Positions 1 through 8,716 of a DNA stretch of 24,000 nucleotides are shown piece by piece; position 1 is the stretch's first letter; each line of letters starts with the position of its first letter. The translations under genes and the position numbers were made by a program. This stretch comes from Mycobacterium asiaticum (GTDB lineage Bacteria > Actinomycetota > Actinomycetes > Mycobacteriales > Mycobacteriaceae): positions 69,731-93,730 of the forward strand of contig NZ_LZLS01000065.1 in the NCBI RefSeq assembly GCF_001673365.1, given 5' to 3'. The notes beneath the pieces were generated by a model. That model saw only the letters and a list, made by a program, of their open reading frames with translations, had not been told where the DNA came from and searched no databases.

Positions 1-1615
1 TGGGATCGATCCGAACGTCAGTGACTAGACGATCCTTTCGTAGCAGCCGCCCGAGGGCTTCAAGCACCAGCCTCGATATCTGACCGACATGGCGTTCAGC
101 CGCTTTGATCTTCAAGGCGTCCAGGGTTTTTCGTGCGCGTTCGGCGTGCTCCACGAGGCGACGGTCATCGTCGGCGTCGAGTGTGGCCCGCGCCGCCTGG
201 TCCATGGCGGCCTCGTACGTGGTGTCAGCGCGAGCACGCTCCTGCCGTGCCGCCTCCAACCGGTCTTCAGCCTGAATGAGCAAGGCATGGCAGCGCACCG
301 CGTGCTGCGAGGCCTCGTCGAGTTCTTGCTTGATCGTCGCCAGCGCCTCCGGGTCTGGAATGGCGACGAGAGTCCGCTCGGCCTGCTCCAGCTCTCCCGT
401 GAGCTTGTCCCGCCGGTCCACGAGCGATAACAGTCGCTTGCGCGATGATGGCAGGATGCTCGACTGCAATGCGTCAACCGTGCGGCCGTCAGTAAGCCCG
501 CTGATCATCGGCACTCGCGCCGACGCCTCCTGGCGCTCGGCGACGTCAGTCGACATAAATGATTTCAGTGCTGTCAGCGCCGCCCCGCGTACTTTCGCTT
601 TCTGCAATTGGTCTAGCAGTACCTGATCTCGTGCCGCAACGACATCGATCACGAGTGACTCACGGTGTGCATCCTGTTCCAACGCAACCTGATTCGCGAG
701 TGAAGCCAGCAGGTGGGTCGCCTGCAGAAGAGGAGCCGCTTCGGCCGCCTCGGCGCGTAGCTCTTCGTCAACATCAGTAATCTGCTGACGAACCAGCATC
801 AGACGCGCCTCTGCCGCCTCACGTTGCTCGAGTAACCCACCGCCAGCGGCTCGATATTGCTCGGTGACTGCATTCAGGCGCTTATCGGCCCGCTCCGCCT
901 CCACCTTCGCAGTGCCGACCTGCTCTTGGGCGAGTTCCGCGGCTTGGCGCGCGTAGGTGACGGCGGTCCGGTTTGCCTCGACAAGTTGGCGCAGCTCCTC
1001 AGGCACCTCGGCGCCACGGTGGCGACGACGGATCACGGCCAAATCCGTTGCCAGGCGGTCGATCAGATCAAGCCCAAGCAGAGCGGCAAGCGCGGATTGC
1101 AGCACACGTTGTGACTGTTCCAGATCAGCCAGCGCTTCAATTTGCTCGCCATCGAAGAAGAACAGGCCAGCGATACCGCGTGGGATAAAGCTCTCGACAT
1201 ACTCGCTCCAGGCCGATGCAAGGGCTTCATCGAACTTCCCATCGACCCATACCAGAACGAATTCGCGGAGAGCAGCACCGCCGCCTTGCCACCGACGCCT
1301 GATCCGATAACTGTGCTTCACTCCCTGCTGGAAGACGTGGAAGGTCAGCTCGACGGCGGCGCCTTCGGAAGCAGGAATGCCGTGGTGGATAAGGCTTCTG
1401 AGGTAGCTGTCGTAGCTACCGGTGCGCCGGCGACGCGCTTGGGACAGCACCCCGTAGAGGGCCAGATGGATGGCTTCGAGGATCGTCGTCTTACCAGCAC
1501 CGTTCAAACCGCCGATGAGAACAACGGGCTTCTTCGAAGATGGTGGTGTCAGCCGGATTTCGTTCTTTCCTCGATACGTGCCGACGTTCTCCAAGATGAG
1601 CGAATCAAGAATCAC
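1..1615 (-). CDS. dndD: DndD, AAA/SMC-like ATPase of the DNA phosphorothioation system (3' end truncated by the window edge)
   Basis: Missing from the ORF track because it runs off the edge. Reading the minus strand from GTG at 1615 gives VILDSLILENVGTYRGKNEIRLTPPSSKKPVVLIGGLNGAGKTTILEAIHLALYGVLSQARRR, with Walker A GLNGAGKTT and the DndD-typical N-terminus. The frame stays open to the window edge (...AAERHVGQISRLVLEALGRLLRKDRLVTDVRIDP). RBS-like GGAGGAGG lies upstream. The start overlaps the dndC stop (GTGA). Confidence 0.93.
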   Translation of the reverse strand, partial: MILDSLILENVGTYRGKNEIRLTPPSSKKPVVLIGGLNGAGKTTILEAIHLALYGVLSQARRRRTGSYDSYLRSLIHHGIPASEGAAVELTFHVFQQGVKHSYRIRRRWQGGGAALREFVLVWVDGKFDEALASAWSEYVESFIPRGIAGLFFFDGEQIEALADLEQSQRVLQSALAALLGLDLIDRLATDLAVIRRRHRGAEVPEELRQLVEANRTAVTYARQAAELAQEQVGTAKVEAERADKRLNAVTEQYRAAGGGLLEQREAAEARLMLVRQQITDVDEELRAEAAEAAPLLQATHLLASLANQVALEQDAHRESLVIDVVAARDQVLLDQLQKAKVRGAALTALKSFMSTDVAERQEASARVPMISGLTDGRTVDALQSSILPSSRKRLLSLVDRRDKLTGELEQAERTLVAIPDPEALATIKQELDEASQHAVRCHALLIQAEDRLEAARQERARADTTYEAAMDQAARATLDADDDRRLVEHAERARKTLDALKIKAAERHVGQISRLVLEALGRLLRKDRLVTDVRIDP

Positions 1616-3153
1616 TGAACGACCTCCTCCCCTGACTTCTGCCGCACGTATCCATCGATGATGTCGAGAGGGTCAGGTTCGTCCGTCGGATCGCCGTTTC
1701 GCTCCATGGCGGCTTTGCGTCGGTGCGCACGGAGGGTGGCGTCAGTCTCGTCGTCGTAGAAATTCCGTCGAATCGCACCTTCGAGCGAATCGAACAGTCC
1801 GGCACGACGAGCCTGAGACTGGTATCGCTGTTCGATATCGAGTAGTTCGCGGACGAGTTCAAAGTGCAATCGATCACCATCGGCTACTTCCCGCAGCGTC
1901 TCAATCAGTTCCGGGCCCAAAGGCAGATGCTCGTCGAGCGGTCCGCCGGGGTAGGGCCTGCCCATGGCTTGTTCGTAGATGCCTGGAAGGTGGTCCTCGA
2001 ACTCGTGCTTCTCCACAACCCAGATCCGGCGGATCTCCTCGAGCTCAGCTTGTGTAATCAGGTCAAGGGACCGGACGTACTCGGGTCCCTCTTCCCGGAT
2101 GTACGCCTGTGCCTCAAGCAATCTGCGCAGCCAGTCCTCACGTGAGGCTTGGGTGTACGGTCCGGGAATCGGCTTGCCGTGGAAGAGCTGGACCGCCCCG
2201 TTCATCCGCCGGAAGTCACGGAGGTGCCGGTCGTCGGCGACATCGAGTGCGTTTCGGAGATCAAGCAGCGGCAGCATCCACTCCTTCTCCTCGTCGTTCT
2301 GAATCATCGCCGACATCGACTTGTCTTTATCGACGAGTGTGCACGTCCAGCAACCGAATCGACTGTCGCCGCAACTCGGCGTGCTGGAGTCGACAACCAG
2401 CGGGCATTCGCCGTCCGGCGAGGCGCCCTGGTACATGGTGAGTAGCTCTTTGTTGGAATAGCCCCACGGATTCGCTTCTTGCATCAGGAAGGTCCACACG
2501 TCATCGTTGGACCAGTCCTCAATCGGCGAATAGACGAGGCAGTTCGGCAGGGAATTGTTCGGGCTCAGGAGATCTCGCACCCGGCGCGCTTGCAGTTCGG
2601 TCATTCGATGGGACCGCCCCGAACTCTCGGCCTTGCGCGTTCCTAGTACGAGGATGGCCTCCCCGTGTGCTTTCACCATCTCGCGGATGAATGAGTTCGA
2701 CGGCTTGATCTTCAGGCGTTCGGTGCACCACCGAAACTTCGGCCGAGGTGCGGGGTAGCCCCGACCGATCAGGTTGACCCAGAATGTATCCGCCACCGCC
2801 GGAGTCAAACGATGGGGTGCGATGGGAAGTCCACCCTCACGCGCCGCACTCTCCATTACCTCCAACGAATGCGTCACCCACGCGGCGACAACCGGGTTCT
2901 CGACCAACGTGTCGGTACTAATCACATGGACGGGCTTGTGGCGCTGCTTCTCCGAAAGTCCTTTCAGCGCAAGCCATACGATCTGCAGAACGGCAGTCGA
3001 GTCCTTGCCACCCGAGTAGCCGACCACCCATGGCACGTCGTCAGCCGCATAAAGTTCCTGCGTCTTGTTGACGACCGTTTCGATGGTCGCCGCGAATCCC
3101 AGTTCGTCGAACGCCGATCGCCGCTTCGGCGAGATAGGCAGACTCCGCTTCAT
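1612..3153 (-). CDS. dndC: DndC, PAPS reductase-like phosphorothioation protein
   Basis: 513 aa. PP-loop-like VVGYSGGKDSTAVLQ and the cysteine cluster C-x6-C-x2-C (SCGDSRFGCWTCTLVDKDKSM), diagnostic of DndC. Position between dndB and dndD. Confidence 0.96.
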   Translation of the reverse strand: MKRSLPISPKRRSAFDELGFAATIETVVNKTQELYAADDVPWVVGYSGGKDSTAVLQIVWLALKGLSEKQRHKPVHVISTDTLVENPVVAAWVTHSLEVMESAAREGGLPIAPHRLTPAVADTFWVNLIGRGYPAPRPKFRWCTERLKIKPSNSFIREMVKAHGEAILVLGTRKAESSGRSHRMTELQARRVRDLLSPNNSLPNCLVYSPIEDWSNDDVWTFLMQEANPWGYSNKELLTMYQGASPDGECPLVVDSSTPSCGDSRFGCWTCTLVDKDKSMSAMIQNDEEKEWMLPLLDLRNALDVADDRHLRDFRRMNGAVQLFHGKPIPGPYTQASREDWLRRLLEAQAYIREEGPEYVRSLDLITQAELEEIRRIWVVEKHEFEDHLPGIYEQAMGRPYPGGPLDEHLPLGPELIETLREVADGDRLHFELVRELLDIEQRYQSQARRAGLFDSLEGAIRRNFYDDETDATLRAHRRKAAMERNGDPTDEPDPLDIIDGYVRQKSGEEVVQ

Positions 3154-4295
3154 CTAACCCCTCCTTGAAATGCGTCTTCTGCCCGTTGTTCGTCTGGTGG
3201 CAACGGCAGCCCCATTACAGCGCGCATCGCCGCCGTAGTGAGGAGGACGTTGGCGGCGCTCTTCGATACGCGCCCGCCGATGACGGCGCGGCCCTCCCAC
3301 ATGCTGCTTGACCGGTGCCAGTCCAGTTCGCGCAGCTTCTTGAGGGCTGTCGACCATGCCCGGACACCCTTGCTTTGGCTTAAGAGACTGTTGCCGACCT
3401 TGCCTAATGCGTGCAGGACGATGCCATGTGTGTGAATGAAGTCCTGCCTCACTTCGCCGGCCGTGATCTCCCGGTTGAATACCTGCTCCCACTCCGGGAA
3501 CTGATCAGCCACCAACTCCCAGTACTTTGCCGTGAGGTCAACCTGGCGCTCGAAGTCTTCCTCGATCCCATCGAGCAGCGCTTTCGTCGCTGTGTAGAAC
3601 GCCGACAGCGTGAACAGCTTTCGTGACCGCTGCGCAAGGTTTGACGTCTCCATCTCGGTGAGATCGCGCAGAAATGGCGAGCGCATGACGACAAGCCTTG
3701 TTAGCGCTGATATCTCGTCCCGATGGTCGTAGAGCACGCCTATCGATTTGGCGGGCCGTACCGCGTACCGGTTGAGATCGGCGAACATTTGTTGGCAGCG
3801 CTCTAAGCCAACGTCGAGGAACATGACAATCGCAATGCTCTCGTCGCCTAGAGCGGGGTTCTCGGCCAACGCCTGCTGAATGCCTGCACGTCGGTGCTGA
3901 CCGTCGTTGATGACGAAGCGGGCCGACATCGGGATGGTGAGCGTGCCGACCCGCTCACTGGGCCCATCGCTCGCAATCGGCTCGAAATGAACATCGGCAT
4001 CCACGGAAGCGGTCAGGGCAGAGAAGACGTAGCTGTCACTGTTCTCCACGATGTATCGCGCGATCTCCGGCACCCGCCCTTTGTTGAGGGTGCGTTGCGC
4101 GCGCAGCTCCGGCGTCAGCTCTTCCTCATCGAACAGAAACATCCGAGGGATGAGCCGCAACGGGCACATCGTTACGTAGTACTCGCGACCGGCCTGAACC
4201 CCTCTGATAGCTGGGAAGACGTACTCAAATCCGGCAGCACGGGGTCGACCTGCGGTTTCGGGCGAATGATGCGGGGCAGCGGTGGTTTGCGTCAC
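3150..4295 (-). CDS. dndB: DndB, DGQHR-domain regulatory protein of the dnd cluster
   Basis: 381 aa with the DGQHR motif (INDGQHRRAGI). Overlaps the dndC start by 4 nt (ATGA at 3150-3153). SD-like GGAGG for dndC lies within its 3' end. Confidence 0.93.
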   Translation of the reverse strand: MTQTTAAPHHSPETAGRPRAAGFEYVFPAIRGVQAGREYYVTMCPLRLIPRMFLFDEEELTPELRAQRTLNKGRVPEIARYIVENSDSYVFSALTASVDADVHFEPIASDGPSERVGTLTIPMSARFVINDGQHRRAGIQQALAENPALGDESIAIVMFLDVGLERCQQMFADLNRYAVRPAKSIGVLYDHRDEISALTRLVVMRSPFLRDLTEMETSNLAQRSRKLFTLSAFYTATKALLDGIEEDFERQVDLTAKYWELVADQFPEWEQVFNREITAGEVRQDFIHTHGIVLHALGKVGNSLLSQSKGVRAWSTALKKLRELDWHRSSSMWEGRAVIGGRVSKSAANVLLTTAAMRAVMGLPLPPDEQRAEDAFQGGVR

Positions 4296-4317
4296 CTCTC
4301 ATCCTCCTACCGTATTT

Positions 4318-4361
4318 GTTCGGAAAACGCAATCCGTACACGTGGCCGCGTTTCTCCGAAC
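4318..4361. promoter_or_regulatory. Imperfect inverted repeat in the divergent dndB/dndA intergenic region (candidate operator)
   Basis: GTTCGGA-AAACGC (4318-4330) is the reverse complement of GCGTTTcTCCGAAC (4348-4361) apart from one inserted base, with a 17-nt spacer. It sits in the roughly 100-bp spacer between divergent dndB and dndA. Confidence 0.5.
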
Positions 4362-4394
4362 GCATGTCAGAACCTACGCGTACCGTCTTGGATC

Positions 4395-5594
4395 ATGACG
4401 GTAGACACGCCCACCGACAGATCCGCCGCACCGGGTTCTCCGGTCTCAGAAACCGCTGGCCGCCCCATCTATCTGGATTGCAATGCCACGACACCGGTGG
4501 ACCCACGGGTATCGGCGGAGGTGATGACCTACATGGCGCACGAGTTCGGCAATTCGGGCAGCCGTACGCACGGATATGGGCAGATCGCCAAAGAACGCGT
4601 GGCCCTCTCCCGAGAGCAGGTAGCCGCAGTAGTCACCGCCCGTCCCGATGAGGTGACATTTACGAGCGGCGCAACGGAGAGTAACAACCTGGCGATCCTC
4701 GGCTTGGCGCCCTCAGGTGAGGCGGCTGGCAGGCGCCACATCGTGTCGACCCAGATCGAACACAAAGCGGTGTTGGAACCGCTCGCTGCGCTCGTGGATC
4801 GTGGTTTCGACGTCACGCTGGTGCCGCCAACTCGCGGCGGATGGGTCGATCCGACCGCTATTGCCGACGCCATCCGCCCGGACACGCTCCTCGTATCGGT
4901 CATGGCCGTCAACAACGAGACCGGCGTCATTCAACCAATCGCCGACATCGCCGCGGCGCTGGACCAGCATGACGCCTACTTCCACGTGGACGCGGCCCAA
5001 GCATTCGGCAAGCTCATCGAGCCCCTGCGGTCTCCACGGATCGACATGCTCAGCGTCTCCGGACACAAAGTCTTTGCGCCCAAAGGCATTGGCGCGCTTG
5101 TGACCCGGCGCCGCGGTTTCCGGCGCATCCCATTAGCACCACTGATGTTCGGTGGCGGGCAGGAGCGAGGACTCAGGCCCGGCACGCTTCCGGTTGCGCT
5201 GATTGCCGGCCTTGGCCTTGCCGCCGAGCTGGCGCTTCGTGAATACGACGCCCGATCCGAGCGCGTTGCGGCGATCAAACGGGAAGCACTGGCCGCATTG
5301 TCGCCGCTCGAAATTCAACTCAACGGTGACGAAGCGCGCACGGTGCCGCACACTCTCAACTTCTCAGTGCCGGGCGTCGACGCCGAAGCCGCCATCGTCG
5401 CCCTCAAGGACGTCGTTGCGGTGTCGAACGGATCGGCATGCACCTCTCAGAAGTACGAACCGAGTCATGTTCTCGTCGCCGCAGAACTTCCGAAGGAGCG
5501 TATCGACGGTGCGCTCCGATTCTCTTGGAGCCATCTCAATAATGACGTGCCGTGGAGCACTGTCGCACAACGACTCTCACGATTAAGAGGGTGA
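4395..5594 (+). CDS. dndA: DndA / IscS-NifS-like cysteine desulfurase
   Basis: ATG at 4395 in frame with the 3894..5594 ORF (399 aa). IYLDCNATTPVDPRV, PLP-lysine region SGHKVFAPKGIGAL, and active-site loop VSNGSACTSQKYEPSHVL. Divergent from dndBCD. Confidence 0.92.
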   Translation: MTVDTPTDRSAAPGSPVSETAGRPIYLDCNATTPVDPRVSAEVMTYMAHEFGNSGSRTHGYGQIAKERVALSREQVAAVVTARPDEVTFTSGATESNNLAILGLAPSGEAAGRRHIVSTQIEHKAVLEPLAALVDRGFDVTLVPPTRGGWVDPTAIADAIRPDTLLVSVMAVNNETGVIQPIADIAAALDQHDAYFHVDAAQAFGKLIEPLRSPRIDMLSVSGHKVFAPKGIGALVTRRRGFRRIPLAPLMFGGGQERGLRPGTLPVALIAGLGLAAELALREYDARSERVAAIKREALAALSPLEIQLNGDEARTVPHTLNFSVPGVDAEAAIVALKDVVAVSNGSACTSQKYEPSHVLVAAELPKERIDGALRFSWSHLNNDVPWSTVAQRLSRLRG

Positions 5595-5609
5595 GAAACC
5601 GAGGCGACA

Positions 5610-5828
5610 CTACCCAGCCGTGTCTACCTTGATCGTCCGCACAACGTAATCGATCGCAGCGTTGACATCGTCTAAGTCGTTCTGCTCATGCGTGATTTGG
5701 TCGGTGGAGCGGTCTGAAATCTGCACGGCGACACCATGGTAGGTGACGTTGATCAGTATGTCGTACTCATCCGGAAGCATGATGACGCTGTTCCTTTTCT
5801 GTTCCGTAGTGACGCTTTCCAGTTCCAT
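5610..5828 (-). CDS. Hypothetical 72 aa protein
   Basis: Short ORF with ordered codon usage. It follows the 5847..6758 gene closely in the same direction and ends 16 bp from the convergent dndA stop. Confidence 0.6.
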   Translation of the reverse strand: MELESVTTEQKRNSVIMLPDEYDILINVTYHGVAVQISDRSTDQITHEQNDLDDVNAAIDYVVRTIKVDTAG

Positions 5829-5846
5829 AGAGACATTTATGGCTTC

Positions 5847-6758
5847 CTATCCCTCATGCTCGATCGACAGCCAGTCGTCGAGGCTGATGCCGAACGCGTG
5901 CGCTTGGCAGAGTTCGGCGTCGCGTAATTGGGCAACCTGCGGATCCACCCACTCGACGAACTCACGCTCGGGGTGGCTGGCGTCGCGCATGTGAATGAAG
6001 TAGTCGTACTTGCCATACCCCCGCTTACGGTCGCGGGCCATGCGCGGCGGCAGTTCCAAGCGGTACAGGGAGGTGCCGCGGACGCCGCGGTCGATGAGCG
6101 TTGCATCAGAATCAATCACCAGCTGTTCAAAGGTGAGGTACTGCAAGGCAACCGCCCGTTGATCGGCGTCGGCGAGCGCGGCGATGTCCTGGATGAGCAG
6201 CTCGTGGTTGATCACTTGGAAGTACAACCGCCTGTCGAAGTGGACGCCGCGGAGGAAGTGGTAGCCGTGGCCATCGGGCCAGACGATCGCCATGCGGCCG
6301 CTGTCGTCGTGAAGGACATCTGTTCGCCCCTCGGCGAGCCGCACGACTGGTGTTGGCACAATGATCGCCATCCGATCGGCGGCGATCAGCCAGCCCAAGC
6401 CACTACAGCTTGCTTCACCGATCGCGTTCTTCAAACCGACAGCATTGTCGGCGGAGATGACGACGAGGTCACTCAGCCAGAAGATGCGGCGGCTCGCGAC
6501 GTATCGCCGTGCCACATGTCCAAAGACCAGCCGCTGGATGCCGCCCAGGCGTCGGCGGTCCTCGTCCAAATCCTCGAGTGTGCGTGCACTCTGCCGAAGC
6601 GGATGGTCCGCCAGCCGCGCGTCGACCCGGTGCGCCGCCGCCAATCGCAGCGCTTCATCGAGATTGGCCACCACGACGTACTTGGTGCCGGTGTGCGCGC
6701 CGAGGGATCGATAGAACTCGGCGACGAGCTCAACGACTCGGGTCCGGCTGAAGGCCAT
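5847..6758 (-). CDS. DUF6745-like domain protein
   Basis: About 303 aa from ATG 6758 (MAFSRTRVVELVAEFYRSLG...). GRMAIVWPDGHGYHFLRGVHFDRRLYFQVINH resembles the 'PDG-x-YxLRGVxV' core of DUF6745 proteins. Start is 2 nt after the upstream gene's stop. Family named from recollection of the motif, not a search. Confidence 0.7.
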   Translation of the reverse strand: MAFSRTRVVELVAEFYRSLGAHTGTKYVVVANLDEALRLAAAHRVDARLADHPLRQSARTLEDLDEDRRRLGGIQRLVFGHVARRYVASRRIFWLSDLVVISADNAVGLKNAIGEASCSGLGWLIAADRMAIIVPTPVVRLAEGRTDVLHDDSGRMAIVWPDGHGYHFLRGVHFDRRLYFQVINHELLIQDIAALADADQRAVALQYLTFEQLVIDSDATLIDRGVRGTSLYRLELPPRMARDRKRGYGKYDYFIHMRDASHPEREFVEWVDPQVAQLRDAELCQAHAFGISLDDWLSIEHEG

Positions 6759-6760
6759 GG

Positions 6761-7105
6761 TCAGTCGGCGACGACACGCCGCGGCGCGACTGACGATCGG
6801 ACGTCGAACTCGGTTTTGCGAATGACCTTCCATGCGCCCGCCGGAACAACAATCTCTCGGTGCTGCTGGTGGGTCTTGTGGTGGCGGAGCGGGGTAGGCC
6901 GGTCGAGGTCGACGAACAGGTCACCGTTCGCCGCGACGATCTGCTCGAAGACGTCATCGCTCTCGAGTACGTGGTGATGACCCGATTCACTATGCCCGAC
7001 AATGCAACTCGTCACCTGTGCACTGGTGCCGTTCGGCGTGGCATCGATCGGCAGCAGCAGAATCTCGCCGTGGCGGATAGGAGTGCGGTGAGCCATCGGT
7101 GACAC
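6761..7105 (-). CDS. Small protein commonly paired with DUF6745-like proteins
   Basis: 114 aa (alternative start 7096, MAHRTPIRHGE...). GHSESGHHHVLESDD and REIVVPAGAWKVIRKTEFD are coherent conserved-looking segments. Stop is 2 nt before the start of the DUF6745-like gene. Confidence 0.72.
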   Translation of the reverse strand: MSPMAHRTPIRHGEILLLPIDATPNGTSAQVTSCIVGHSESGHHHVLESDDVFEQIVAANGDLFVDLDRPTPLRHHKTHQQHREIVVPAGAWKVIRKTEFDVRSSVAPRRVVAD

Positions 7106-7293
7106 CTTTCGATGGGAGTTCGGCGGGACAGCCGCGCGGCACGCGATCAGAAATCACCCACGCGACATGGCCACTGATCGTACAATTGTTCGAACATCGG
7201 CGCAAGGTGTGGGCAACGCCACATCTACTAGATGTGCTACGTATTTTGTTTAGCTGCAAGCTATTTCGCAGCGGCGATCTCAGCCAGCAAATA

Positions 7294-7850
7294 CTAAGGG
7301 CTAGGCCACACCACCTTGGCCCGGTAGCGATCCGGGTACAGGCCAACGACTGCTTTCTTCTTCAGGAGTTGCGGTGTCTCATTCTTCGACCACTCAAGCC
7401 AGTCCCGGACAGCCTCAATTGGATCGGCGTCAGGGCCGACCGGCAGGGCTCCACGAGCAGGTCGACGGCCCGGCCGACGAGCTGCTTGCCTCGAATCTCT
7501 AAATCCGCTGGACGGTACCCGAATTCAGACGGTCCGAAGTCCGCTTCCGTATGGCGGAATGGGTGCATGCGCACGGCCGGATGCCTGGCATAGAAGCTAT
7601 ACACGTCAATGTCTTTGACCCCGTTCTTGCCGTCAAGGTAGTGAAGCGCACCACCTTGGCAGAGTGCGATCAGTAGCAAACGGTCGCGATACACCGACAG
7701 ATTAGGACTGCGAGCGAACATGGCGGCCTGGTCATTTAGCGCAATCTTGACCAGCCGGTCGAGGTGTTCGTCGGTGAACGGCTCATAGCTTCGCTCGGAT
7801 GGCCGGCCCACTGACATTGCGCTGAGCTTACGGACCATATCGCAACTCAT
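7294..7850 (-). pseudogene. Hypothetical protein gene with an apparent frameshift near 7445-7465 (nucleotidyltransferase-like appearance, uncertain)
   Basis: Frame 1 gives MSCDMVRKLSAMSVGRPSERSYEPFTDEHLDRLVKIAL...YLDGKNGVKDIDVYSFY...LEIRGKQLVGRAVDLLVE. The sensible C-terminus then continues in another frame as ALPVGPDADPIEAVRDWLEWSKNETPQLLKKKAVVGLYPDRYRAKVVWPSP* with stop at 7294-7296. Frame 1 instead runs into low-quality sequence ending at 7362. Confidence 0.6.
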
Positions 7851-8308
7851 CGTTGCTTCGATCGCGGGTTGTCGGTGCCAGCTGGAAGCATCGAAGGTGT
7901 GGAAGACGAGCGTGAACAACCCGACGGCCGGAAGGAACGGATCACCCAGCGCACGGTGGACAACGTCGACGACCACAACGAGTGTCCGTTCTGTCTGGGT
8001 CGCGCCGCCGCACATCGTGGTGACGGTGACAACTGCAACCCGTTCCCGAAGGTTGATTTTTCCGAAGGTTCGCCAGATCGGTACGAAGACGATCACTGGC
8101 TGTGGGCGATGGGTCACGCGGTCGGGTCCGAGGAGCCGGGCGGACTGCTGTGGTTTGAACAACCCAATCGCGGTCATGACGCATGAGTAGTTCGCTTTTC
8201 CGATTTGCTGTCGCTGATACGTTGGTGGAATGAGCACGGTATACCGCAGGGCGCGGGACTCGGTGGAGACACCGCAGCCCCTGTCCGTCCTCATCCGGGG
8301 GTAGCGGG

Positions 8309-8328
8309 CAGGGGCCAGTAGTCCCCTG
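8309..8328 (+). promoter_or_regulatory. Hairpin adjacent to the SD of the 8340 gene
   Basis: CAGGGG-ccagtagt-CCCCTG, perfect 6-bp stem. Its 3' arm abuts GGAGG (8328-8332), which is 7 nt before the TTG start. Confidence 0.3.
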
Positions 8329-8339
8329 GAGGCACTGCC

Positions 8340-8690
8340 TTGTCCCGCACCGACGCCCACGATCCGTTATGGGTTCGACTTGCCCGCGGCGATCTCACCG
8401 CCGACGCGCAGCACGCATCCGATCACGCCGTCTGCGATCTTCCCGAACGCCCTCCCACCAATTGGGATGGGTGGTTGCCAATGACTCACTGTCACTGGAC
8501 TTTCCGCTACACCGGGATCAATGTCTGCTCGTGCTGGATGTGCCATGGGGGTCCGCAGCATCGACAGGAGAATCGCAATCAGCGACATCGCGATCGCATG
8601 GCACTGCGCTCCGCGCTTCGCCGGTGGCGTCTCGGTGATGAGTCAGCGTTCGACGATCTCGCTCCGCCATCACGCGTGTACTACTGGTAG
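8340..8690 (+). CDS. Hypothetical small Cys/His-rich protein
   Basis: 116 aa from TTG. HCHWTFRYTGINVCSCWMCHGG followed by basic QHRQENRNQRHRDRMALRSALRRW. GGAGG SD 7 nt upstream. The pattern resembles small zinc-binding-like actinobacterial proteins. Confidence 0.6.
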   Translation: MSRTDAHDPLWVRLARGDLTADAQHASDHAVCDLPERPPTNWDGWLPMTHCHWTFRYTGINVCSCWMCHGGPQHRQENRNQRHRDRMALRSALRRWRLGDESAFDDLAPPSRVYYW

Positions 8691-8716
8691 CCGGCCGAGG
8701 CCTGGCGTGTGGGTGA

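Noticed and set aside
5610-5828. Considered as DndE because it sits beside the dnd locus
   Set aside because: At 72 aa it is shorter than typical DndE and lacks recognisable similarity. It is on the far side of dndA. dndE normally follows dndD, which is off the left edge.
5928-6977. 349 aa plus-strand ORF
   Set aside because: Antisense to the coherent DUF6745-like gene and its partner. It lacks domain-like character, as expected for shadow ORFs in high-GC DNA.
7869-8186. 105 aa plus-strand ORF with a CPFC motif
   Set aside because: Single suggestive motif, no clear SD or partner, and competing open frames on both strands. Not supported well enough.
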